From Sphaerodactylus townsendi (Eukaryota): 64,000 nt of DNA. Shown here piece after piece: positions 1-11,500 of this stretch (the stretch's first letter is position 1; each line of letters opens with the position of its first letter). Under the pieces are notes generated by a model. The model worked only from the letters and a program-made list of their open reading frames with translations. It was not told the DNA's origin and made no database searches. The stretch covers positions 154,380,001-154,444,000 of the forward strand of contig NC_059426.1 of assembly GCF_021028975.2 (NCBI RefSeq). Reading direction: 5' to 3'. Position numbers and translations under genes: made by a program.

Positions 1-240
1 GAAAAATACATTTGTCAAGAATCATAAGGTACAGCACTTAATCATAAGGTACAGCACTTAATGATTGTCATATAGGTCTAGTAAGCAATCAGGAAACAAT
101 CAGTAGTAATGAAAACATAAAATGTAAAATCATAAAATAAAATAAAATAAAATGTAATAAAATGTCAGCACAGGCTATAGTCATACAGTCATAAGTGGGA
201 GGAGATGGGTAATAGGAATGATGAAAAAAGTAGTGCAGTA

Positions 241-381
241 ATTATATAATAAGTATATAAGTATATAATAAGTATATAATAAGTATATAAGTATATAATA
301 AGTATATAATAAGTATATAAGTATATAATAAGTATATAAGTATATAATAAGTATATAATAAGTATATAATAAGTATATAAG
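241..381. repeat. AT-rich minisatellite built from TATATAAG and TATATAATAAG units
   Basis: Visible tandem units; these generate the YTYYIL ORFs. Confidence 0.95.
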
Positions 382-1451
382 TAGGTGCAGCTCATCATAT
401 TGTGGGACGATTGGCATGACTGTGGGGGTTCATTTCTGTATGCCTGCAAAGCTACACATGTGTTATAGGAATTTCTTTTAAAAGAGAGCAGCTTTGCCAT
501 GTGAAGACATGAAAGCAACCCAAATTGTTTCCACGGGCTCCAGTCGCTGCCTGAATGGGTGAAGGGCACACATCCGAATGGGAAAAAAGAAAACAGGTTC
601 CTTTAAAACTACTGCAACCTGTTATACATATGCTGTGCGGAATCCACCGGAGTCAGAGGATCATGCAGAACATCAGCATTTATTTTTTAAAAAACAAGTA
701 GCTAGCTTCATTTATTTATTTAAAATATTCATTGACTATCATTCAGAAAATCCTTCCAAGATGGTTTAGAATGGAAACCATCTATGTATCTAATTCTAAA
801 TCAAAATGTTTAAAAGTCCACACAGTGGGGCACAGACAGACGGGTGATTTTTGTATAAAACTTGGGGGAAGCATCAGGTTTACAGAAAAATCTGAAGTAA
901 AAAAACCCCCCATCATAGAAACACTGTCTGTAACTTACCAAGAACACTCCTGATATTTCATCAGGAAATGAGGTTTTTTTTTACCCCTGTGGATCTTCAC
1001 AGTTCCCCCACCTGAAAAAGTAATACTCACAGTTATGTCTAAATAATTCAAGCAGCTTAAATTCACTAAAAGGCCTAGAATGACTAATAAGATAAAATAC
1101 AATTTAGACATAAAATCAAAGAAAAAGGCAGTTTATCGGCATTTAAAGAGAAAGGCTCGCTGAAAAAAAAGTGGGGGGGGGGAGACTCTGAAAAATGGCT
1201 GCAGGAAGGGAAATATGCAATTGGGATATCATGACAGGGAAAGTCCTGTCCCAAGTAATCATTACATCTAAGGATAAGACAGGAATATGACAGTGGCTGT
1301 ATATAACTTTATTACTAATTTTTTAAAATATGTTTTGTGTTAATATTTTGCCATCAAGTCACTGCTGATTTATGATGGCCCTGTGGGTTTTTAAGGCAAG
1401 AGATATTCAGGGGTGGTTTGGTATTGCCTTCCTCTGTGTTGCAACCTAGCA

Positions 1452-1907
1452 CCGTATATACTCGCGTAAAAGCCGACCCGTGTATTAGCCGAGGCACCTA
1501 ATTTTACTACCAAAACCTGGGAAAACTTATTGACTCCCGTATAAGACGAGGGTGGGAAGCCGGGAGGCAGAGGGAGCTCCTTATTTGGGCAGTGACTCCC
1601 CCTGATGTCACTGCCCAAATAAGGAGCTCCCTCTGCCTGCCAGCTGGCTGGGCTTCCTCAAACGGAGCCAAGAGGCAGAGGGAGCTCCTTATTTGGGCAG
1701 TGACATTGGGGTTCCCCCTTCACCCTCCAGGAGGGCAGCAAGGAGTGGCTTGTGCAGCCGCAGGGAGGTCCTCCTGGGCCAGGCCTCCAGCCTCGGCAGA
1801 GGCCTGAAGAGCCGGCTGGTAAGCGGTGACTCGTGTCTAAGCCGAGGGGGCATTTTTCAGCCTTAAAACAGGGCTGAAAAACTCGGCTTATACGCGAGTA
1901 CATATGG
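1452..1907. mobile_element. Non-autonomous Tc1/mariner (Tc2-type) MITE
   Basis: TIRs ccgtatatactcgcgta...tacgcgagtacatatgg; internal repeats of ggagctccttatttgggcagtgac. Confidence 0.85.
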
Positions 1908-1962
1908 TATTCCTTGATGGTCTCTGTCCAAATACTAACTAGTGCCAACCCTGCTTAGCTTA

Positions 1963-2113
1963 GGTCCCTTCCGCATATGCAGAATAATGCACTTTCAATC
2001 CACTTTCACAATTGTTTGCAAGTGGATTTTGCTATTCCGCACAGTAAAATCCAGCTGCAAAGTGCATTGAAAGTCGATTGAAAGTGCATTATTCTGCATG
2101 TGCGGAAGGGGCC
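1963..2113. mobile_element. Palindromic PIF/Harbinger-like MITE
   Basis: TIRs ggtcccttccgca...tgcggaaggggcc with TTA on both sides; related copy at 40191. Confidence 0.8.
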
Positions 2114-2351
2114 TTAGCTTCCGAGATCTGATGAGATCTGGCCAGCCTAAGTCATCCAGGTCAGAGTTAACAAATGTTACACGCTGTTTTTCCAATGGAT
2201 ATGAATATTTTGCCAAAGGTTTATATCACCTATCCCTTCCCCATGGTCTCCATTCCTGGTCTTTTAATCCTGTTACTCACAGCTTTTAATCCTGTTACTC
2301 GCAGCTTACAAAAACAGAGATTCTGAAATCTGAACCAAACATGTTTTCCAG

Positions 2352-2582
2352 GTAAGCCTCTGCACTCCTAGTGAGAACACTCCCACAGAGAGCTTGGCCC
2401 GGCTTGTCAGCATGGTCTTTCAGTGGTTCCATTCTACAGCGTACATGATGGATGATGAAGTTGGTAGCCTGGTGGAGAAACTTAAACCCCAGTTTGTCAC
2501 CAAGTGGCTGAAGACAGTGTGTGATGTTCGGTTTGATGTCATGGTGATGTGCCTCCTTCCTAAACCAATGGAATTTGCAAGG
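2352..2582 (+). CDS. UNC79: UNC79 exon ([19 protein letters not shown]...PKPMEFAR), phase 0-0
   Basis: ttttccag acceptor, AGG|gtgaga donor, 231 nt open. Confidence 0.93.
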
Positions 2583-5500
2583 GTGAGACATGCATGTCTC
2601 TTCTGTGGCAGCAATGCCCTAATCTGGCAAAAGAAAATGTGCACATATGTACTGGATGTTTCCAGTTATGCTTGAATCTTGAAATGAGAAATGAGAGAAG
2701 GAAATGTATTGCGGGCCATTCAAGTGAGCCATCGTAATACAGGGGTGCTGTAAAAGAATGAGTAATTAATGAAGCTTTTTTCCTGGAATTGCCCTCAGGT
2801 GGGTGGATACTGGGACAAGTCCTGTAGCATGGTGACACAGTTAAAGGAAGGGCTGAATCGAATCCTGTGCTTGATTCCATATAATGTGATAAACCAACCT
2901 GTGTGGGATTGTATCATGCCAGAATGGCTAGAAGCCATCAGGACTGAAGTTCCAGATAATCAACTGAAGGAGTACAGGGAAGTCTTAAGGTAAATAAAAA
3001 TAACTGGAAACTTTTCATTTTTTTGTACTTGAGCTCCAGTAAAGAATGACAGCTTTTGTAAACTGAAGATTTTATTTTTCAAATTCACCTGGTTTCAATG
3101 TTGGGAAGTTCAAATGTGAAGCTAAATGCTTTTTCCAGAACTGGATTGGGTTCCTAGCTAACTCACTGGTTTTGGAATGTTAATTATCAAAGTTATAGAG
3201 TGATAAGTGAGGGCTCCCAACCTCATACCTTAGAGCCTAGAGTGGTCTCAGGTGTTCGCCATGGTGGCAGCACAGCCCATGAGTCACTCCCAGGGACTGC
3301 CATTGTGTCCAGACCCAGCTTCACACTCAGACTCTGCTGCCAGCTTTGCTTGGCCTGGCAGCTGACACAGCTAGGCCTGGCTCTCTGTGGTCGCTGTCAC
3401 TNNNNNNNNNNNNNNNNNNNNNNNNNNNNNNNNNNNNNNNNNNNNNNNNNNNNNNNNNNNNNNNNNNNNNNNNNNNNNNNNNNNNNNNNNNNNNNNNNNN
3501 NNNNNNNNNNNNNNNNNNNNNNNNNNNNNNNNNNNNNNNNNNNNNNNNNNNNNNNNNNNNNNNNNNNNNNNNNNNNNNNNNNNNNNNNNNNNNNNNNNNN
3601 NNNNNNNNNNNNNNNNNNNNNNNNNNNNNNNNNNNNNNNNNNNNNNNNNNNNNNNNNNNNNNNNNNNGGGGCTCTGGGTGGTGAGTGCTGTCTATGTATA
3701 TGCAGACAATGCTTTTTAAACATATATATATGGGGAATCAAATCCCCCTTTTTAATTTCCCAGATTTTTCTGTAAACTTGGAGAGTACCCCAAATATAAA
3801 GAAACTTCTGTTTAAAGAAAGTGTGCCCCCTATCTGTGGATTCAAGGGTCTACCTACCTTTTCAAGGGAAATAACCAAGTATCCCTCAGAGTGTGGAGAG
3901 GAGCAGGATTGCCACCCGGCTTCTAACATCTGCTTGTTTGGCCAAACATCGGCAGTGAGTTTTACCAGTGGAGAACCATATTATTATTTTAGTTATTATT
4001 AACAAGATTTTTACACTGCCTTGCTTCCGAGCCAGCTAATATGTAAAACATACAAATTAAAATCTTATTTTAAAAGCTATTAAAACCAACACACAAATAC
4101 ATCATTAAAACAAGATAAAAACAGAGCAAAATAAGTGCAAAAGATAAAAACAACAGTTGGAACATTGGAGAGGTGGGTAGAAAGCACTGAGGGAATGCCA
4201 AACAAAACAAAAATGTGGAAAACAGAAGGAGACAGGCAAATCTCCCTGGGAGAGAGTTTCAGAGTTTTGGTATCCTTCCTGAGAAGCCCCTGTCCTGGGT
4301 TGCCACCCACCTAATCTCAAACGGAGGGGGCCCCATGAAATAGACCTTCTGAAAACGACCACAGTGGTCAGGTGAGTTCATAAAAGAATGCATGTAGATT
4401 CTTCCATATGGTCATGTTCACAGACCTGTGAACATATGTTTGTGTGCATACCAGGCTCATTGCAGACATTTTGTTGAATGGTGGACAGTAAGCACATTCC
4501 CATTCTCCCTATGCCAAGACAATACATACAATTTTAAACATTTGCACAGGGCTCATAAAAAGTCCTGTGGTACCTCAATGACTGACAGTTTTTATGTCAT
4601 AAACTTTTTAATCTATTCACCACAGTGAATTCAAATATGACTAATACCTGCATTGTCCATTTCATATACCTAACGAACATCCTACACCATAGTTAGTGTG
4701 TTCTACAAGTGTAGTGTGTTCTACATTTAGGTTCTGCAAGATTCCTGGTTACATTTGCTACTGTCAGTTAATACACCTGCAGTCAATTAACAATAATAAG
4801 AAAAAAAGTAGAAACACCTGCAAAAGAAAAGCATCAACACCAGTTCATTAGCAAAACAAACCAAAAACAAAAAACAAAACCCTAGGCAATGCATATTCAG
4901 CTTCAATTCATACAAAAAAGCGAAGTAGTCAAAACAGATAATGGTTCTTTGACGAACTTAAAGATTTGGATGGTAGATTTATTTCATTGAAAATCAGATT
5001 GCCTGATGGCAAAACATATATCATTGGAAATGTTTATGCACCCAATAATGCTAAAGGAATTTTTTTTTAAAAAAAATTCAACTAATATTGGATTTTCAGG
5101 AGACATGATTACGGTCACAGATCCAAATAAGGACAGATCAAGGACTAAAGGAGGCAAACTTCCTAAAAAGGTGTTTTCATATATGAAATGACTAAATTTA
5201 GTGGATTTGTGGCATGTTAAAAATCTAAATGTGAGAGATTATACATTTTACTCTGATACCATTCACATTCCAGAACTGGTATGTGCTGGATTTTGAAATT
5301 TTTATTGCTTTATCTAGAAGAGACAGAAATAAAACCAAACATTTATGTAGATCATAACCCAATCGGAATAACATGACAGCCAAAGAGAAAAGAAAGGAAA
5401 TGGAGATTAGAAGATAATCTTCTACTGTAAAAAAATGTATTTAAAAATGTAAAGGAAATTTTTAGGAATTTTTAAAAAGAACCGAAGGAATGTCCAACAC

Positions 5501-8500
5501 AACCATCTGGGAAACAAGCAAAGCATTCACAAGAGGAAAATTAATAGCAATTGTTACCAAAGAGAAGAAAGACAAGATGGAACAAAAACACAACATTATA
5601 AATGGAATAAAAATCTTGGATGAACAGCATAAAAAGAAATTGGATAAAAAGACAGTGAAAGAAATAAAAATGTTATGGAATCAACTAGATCTACTTCAAA
5701 CAGAAGAAATGCAAAAGAAGACCTTAGTTTAAAGCAGCCTGGTGGGAACTACACTTCCTACTGTAGAAAAAGCAGCACTTCCCAGGAGACCTTGCGAGCC
5801 TCAACTCCTGCAGATGCCTCCCTGGGGGAGTGGGGCTTGCAAGGTCTCCTGGGAAGTGTAGTTCCCACCGGCTGCTTTAAAGTAAGGTAAGGGGGGGCAT
5901 GGGGGAAGGGGGAGGGGTCGGGAGCAATTTTCCACCCCCCCATGTGACCCAGTGGCGCGCACCCGTTACACGGCGTGGCCCCCCACCCTCTTATAGCTAC
6001 GCCTCTGGTCCCATCATTAATGGTCTTGTTCAAGTCTTGCAAATTGAAGGTGATGGCTTCCTTTATTGAGTCGGGTCTTTTTCTTTTCCTATTGCCTTCA
6101 ACATTTCCCGGCATTGTATAAAATGGAAATCCATCAGACTAATTTATGTTTGGCTTGTCTTGGTATTGACCTTAGATTATAGTACAGCACACATACTTTT
6201 TTTAAACTTTAAGAGTTCTGTCTTTCTTGAGCCTTGTGAAAAGTACTTGATGATCAAGCTTTCCTCTTTGACTATTCCAGCAAAATGTTTGACATCGAGT
6301 TGTGTCCACTTCCTTTTTCCATGGAGGAGATGTTTGGCTTTATAAGTTGTCGGTTCACAGGGTATCCTTCTTCTGTGCAAGAGCAAGCTTTACTCTGGCT
6401 TCATGTGAGTGGTCACTTTCACCTAGGGTATTGTAAGGAAGCAATTCCAGCCCTGAAGGAATGAAAGACTCTGGATGATATTGACATTGGGTGAAAACTG
6501 CTTGAAATCTGAAACCATAGATAATAACTGGCCTTGAACAGCAGCCTCCTTGGCAAGTGGAGATTAGGTGGCTTTTGTAAATCTACTGCTGTGCTTTTGT
6601 GGTGGGGTTGGGCATTATTTATTTTTGTGTATTTTTAGTCAAGCTTTACAGCCCCAGATCCATAAGCCTACATATTTGAGTCAAGAACCAAAAAAGTCTC
6701 TGTTTCAGATCATCTTACCCACAGATATCCAAAAACTGGTTCTGCGTGATTCAGACAAGGATGTTAAGCATTTCCTTGTGTCAGCCATTTGGCTCTAGTG
6801 CCTAGCTGTTTTTCTATTGGTCACCAAGGCAAAGTGTGAAGATGCTTGTTTCATATATTATGCACTGTACTGATCTAGTTTTAAATATTTCTCGGTTGGA
6901 AAGAATAGGATACACACAGCACACAAAAAACAGGAAGGAGGCTCACTGAGAAAATGCAGAACAAAACAGAAAAGTCTTCACCCACCGGCAATAAATATTC
7001 ATATGAAACTGCCTTATACCATTAGTCCATCTCTCTTTATTGTTCACTTTGACTAGCAATATTTTCCCAAAGCTTTTCTCTATCATCTTCTAAGGACCAA
7101 ATTAGATGTAGCAAATTCCTTCTGGTTGCCACAAGGATGGGGCCACCATTTTGAAGTAATTTAAAAATACTGTGAGGGCATTCTAGTGCCCCCTGCCCTG
7201 CGTTCAGGTGCCAGAACAACCACAAAGGGGTGGTGCTGCTATTTCAGCACTTGACAAGACACAGTGTATGGGGAGAAACAAGAGTACTTCAGCCCATCAC
7301 ATTGTTGCCCCAGCCAGGCTCAGACCCTCAACATTTTTAAATTACTTCCAAATGGCAGCAGCATCTTTGGGGTGGCCAGGGGGACCCTGTCACATCTAGT
7401 TTGCCCCCAAAATGCTTTAACTAGAGAGGTTAGGGATTAAACATGGGACCTCATATACTTTGTCACTGATCTATAGCCCCTCTTCATACCTAAGGCTGTA
7501 CAGTTGTGGGTATATATTACATTGGTTGGCACCACAGATCTTGAGAATCTTTCTGGCTTCTTTTTAGGTGCTATCTGAATTAGACATTGTGGTTCCTCTT
7601 CAGTTGCTGATCAGTATGTTTTCAGATGGTGTTAATTCTGTGAAAGAACTGGCAAATCAGAGGACATCTAGAGTCAGTGAACTAACTGGGAATCTTGCAG
7701 CTCGAAGGGTAATATATTATCCTTTTTTTTTAGTCGGAGAGAGAAAGCACACCCCTTACCAAAAATGATGGGCATGATCCAACTTAGTATGTTTAACTCT
7801 GTTAAAATAAACTGAATGCACAGCTAAGCATTTCACAGCCCAATCTTATAAGGGGACAGACCAATCCATCATGGAATTGGTGCAGGTTTGCACAGATGTA
7901 GGTGCCCACCTCTCTGGCATAAAGAGCAAATGCGCTGGTAGGGGGGAGTGAATATGTGGGTGGTGAGGCACTGTGTAGCTCTGCAGTGCCTGAACCTGGA
8001 AATCCGGGCTGTGACAGCATCTGTGGGGTACAAAATCTTGCACCAGCAGGAATGGGGGCAGTCTTGGGACATTCCCAATGGTGGAGCTGACTGTAGTCAG
8101 CTGGCTAAGGGCTTTCAGACCAGGAATGCCCCCCCCCACCCCAAGTATGTCGTAACTCTGTTGCTTCAATGGAGTTTCTGGGTGGCATGATTTTTTCTTT
8201 GTTTTTGCTCTTTCTGTGCTGCTTGGAACTCCTTTGGAGGCAGCGAGACTGTGCTGCTGTGGCACCATCCTTGGCTACAGCACACTCCCTTTTCCTCCTG
8301 CACTAGGCTGTAAAAGTGTAATACTAAAGATACCTCCTGAGAAGTCAGCTGTGTTGAATGCAGCAAAGTTTAATTTGAAGTAAATGTGCTCAGTGCTCAG
8401 TTCTTTTCATTTTAACATGATTTTGGTGACCTAACTTTCTTAACGTGTGTTGAAAAACTGTTCTCTTTTCAAATATTTCAGGTCTTGTAAATATCTTTAG

Positions 8501-11500
8501 AATAATGTTGCCAACTTTTAAAAATCAGTCTTTGATCTTTGGCCTTATCCCCTACTTATGACCATTCTTACCACTATGCTGTGAAGTGTTTCGTCTCTGG
8601 ATTTGTACAGGGAGATTAGGCCATGCTGCCTGTGTTTCTAATCCAAAATTCATGTGTTTATTTTATATCAGTCAGGAACGCAAGAACAAATTTTATCTGT
8701 GGATTATTTTTTGCTTTTTGTTTGAATTTAAACATATTGTTTTTACTTTTCCAGGTGAGCATTGCCTCTGATCCTGGACGCAGGGTTCAGCATAATACTC
8801 TCAGTCCATTCCCGAGTCCATTTCAGAGTCCATTCCGCAGTCCCATGCGCAGTCCTTTTCGCAGCCCGTTCAAAAACCTTGGGGCCCCAGGGGAAGGAGG
8901 AGGAGGAGGTGGAGGAGGAGGAAGAACAATTGACTTTGACTGCGATGATGAGGAGATGAATTTGAATTGTTTCATTCTGATGTTTGACCTCATCTTGAAA
9001 CAGGTGACAAATCAAAAGAAGTATTCTGGGGAGGTAGAAAAGCATATCACAGTTGTCATATTTTATGATTGGTGGATGTCAGTTTTTCTTAATGATCCCC
9101 CAAGTATACCAAGTAATTATTGATTTGTCAATCTATAATTAGCCTGATCAGCATGCTGAGGTTTAGGTGCAATTCCTTACAATCAGTTTAGATTTAGCTT
9201 TTTGTGTACTATCTAGGGTTGCCAGCCATTGGCCAGTAACCAGCAGGAGAAGGAGTGATGCAGAGATGGGGAGAATGATGTTCCACCAATCACATGACAT
9301 CACTTCCAACGAATATTTAAAAGTGACATCACATTGCCAGTGTGATGGTCTAGGATTCAGCCCAAACTCTGTGGTTCTATGGTGATACTGCTTTCAAGTT
9401 GTTTTTCTCTGTACAATGGTGGCAGAAAGAAAAGAGGGAGACCATCACTCCCTATTACCATCATGGCCATCCTATTGCTTTTTTTTACATGTTAAAAAGC
9501 AATGATTCTAACAGGGAATCATGGTCTCCCTCTTTTCTTCCTGCCACAACTAAAACTAAGCAGGATTGGCTCTGGTTAGTACTTGGATGGGAGACCACCA
9601 AGGAATACCAGTGTCGTTATATAGAGGCAGGCAATGGCAGACCACCTCTACCAATATCTTGCCTTAAAAACCCTACTAGGTTGCCTATAAATCAGTTGTG
9701 ATGGTACTTTACACATGCACACAAATAGCCATGCAGATTTGAAAGGCCTACACTTTCTGTCCATAAAAGAGACGGCAACCCTAGCAGATGGTTGTTTGTG
9801 GCTTTTATCTTGTGCTGATGATTGTTTTTGTTTATGATCCTCCTTGAAATTTGTTTTTCAGATGGAATTGCAAGATGATGGCATTACCTTGGGCTTAGAA
9901 AATAGCATCTCTAAAGACATCATTTCTATCATATGTAATGTGTTCCAAGCCCCCTGGGGTGGCTCTCACACTTGCCAGAAAGATGAAAAGGCAATTGAAT
10001 GTCATCTGTGCCAGTCGAGTATCCTGTGCTATCAGTTGGCTTGTGAACTGTTGGAGAGACTAGCGCCTAAAGCAGAAATCCGCCTAGTGGTAAGCAAGGC
10101 AATAAATGCAAGGGTATTGCCTCACTGTGCACTGGCTGTTGCTTTTGTCTACAGTAAAATCACATTGCAGATTATGTTTGTTTTATGTAAGAACATAAGA
10201 ACATAAGAACAAGCCAGCTGGATCAGACCAGAGTCCATCTCCAGCTCTTTCCTACTCGCAGTGGCCCACCAGCTGCCTTTGGGAGCTCACATGCAGGATG
10301 TGAAAGCAATGGCCTTCTGCGGCTGTTGCTCCCGAACACCTGGACTGTTAAGGCATTTGCAATCTCAGATCAAAGAGGATCAAGATTGGTAGCCATAGAT
10401 CGACATACAGCATGAAAAATACGCATATGATACCCATGTATTTGCAAGCACAAGGGAGCAGTGCTGGGTCAGAGAATAGTCCATCTAGCCCAGTGTCCTG
10501 TTTCTCACAGGGATCAGCCAAATTCCACCCAGGAGGTCATAGAGCAACGCCTCCTTCTGTTGCTGCCATATCATCTCTGGTCTCCCCTTTATCTGTTTTC
10601 TAATGTCATCATAGTGATGAGTGGGGAAAAGGGGTCAGATGACAGTGAAACATATGTGAGGGAAGAGGACACAAATTAATGTATATAACACCACATAGTC
10701 AATAATATCTGATGATCAATGGTCAATAGTTAGTGATTGGGAGGCTGGTAGAATGGTACGGGGACATTGGATGGCCTCAACCAAGAGCCTGGCAGAACAT
10801 CTCTGTCTTACAGGCCCTGCAGAATTGGGCTAAGACTACACAATTATCAAAGCAGATGGCTTGAAACCCTACAGTCCTGATCCAGCTAAACACATAAATA
10901 AATAGAAGTATTCTAGGTCGATTCCCCACCCACCATTAGATGCGCGCTCCTCACAGCAAATACCCGGGGGTCCTGCAGTACTCCCCACTACACCAGCAGT
11001 GACAATGCAGTGACAACGCAGTCACCCTGATTCTGCCGCTCCTCCCACCCCTCAGTGCGTGTCATTTTGGATCCTGGTCGGAAGTACACCTTTTTGAAAC
11101 CGCGCGCCAAACACGGAGCAGGGCTCCCCTCCACTTTCACTTTTGAAGTGGGGAAAGGGCTCTAGTGTGTCCCCTTAGTTGGATGAGGAGCCATATGCAC
11201 AAATGTTGCCTTATCCTGCTCATTGCCTTCTAAGAAAAAAGTGATAGCACCACTGTTAGGAACTGGAATCGGCACTTAGGCTGGATTTAATTTTATACAT
11301 GAAATGGATTTGTGAAGCATTTTACGTTATTGGTTCTAAAGCTACTAAGCATGAAGATGCAAAGATCAAATGAGCAGAACCCTGTTTTCACGCTGGGGTT
11401 GCCAAGAGGCCTGGACAAAAAAAAATGCGGTGTCCATTTAATAGAAGATTAATAGGATGTTATTTTATCAGATGATATTATTTACCTCCATGACATGAAA

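Larger units (their letters stand above)
1350..2150 (-). mobile_element. 5S rRNA-derived SINE (5S-Sauria-like) interrupted by two DNA transposon insertions
   Basis: The reverse complement contains the 5S-like gatctcatcagatctcggaagctaag; the body ggttt..aaggcaagaga recurs elsewhere in the window. Confidence 0.75.

Noticed and set aside
181-569. YTYYIL-repeat ORFs
   Set aside because: They are translations of an AT-rich minisatellite.
3200-3775. Long ORFs spanning N runs (also near 19024-19667 and 24814-25458)
   Set aside because: Artefacts of assembly gaps, except the UNC79 segment at 25337-25388.
9555-9610. 5S rRNA gene
   Set aside because: Partial, diverged and fused to a SINE body.
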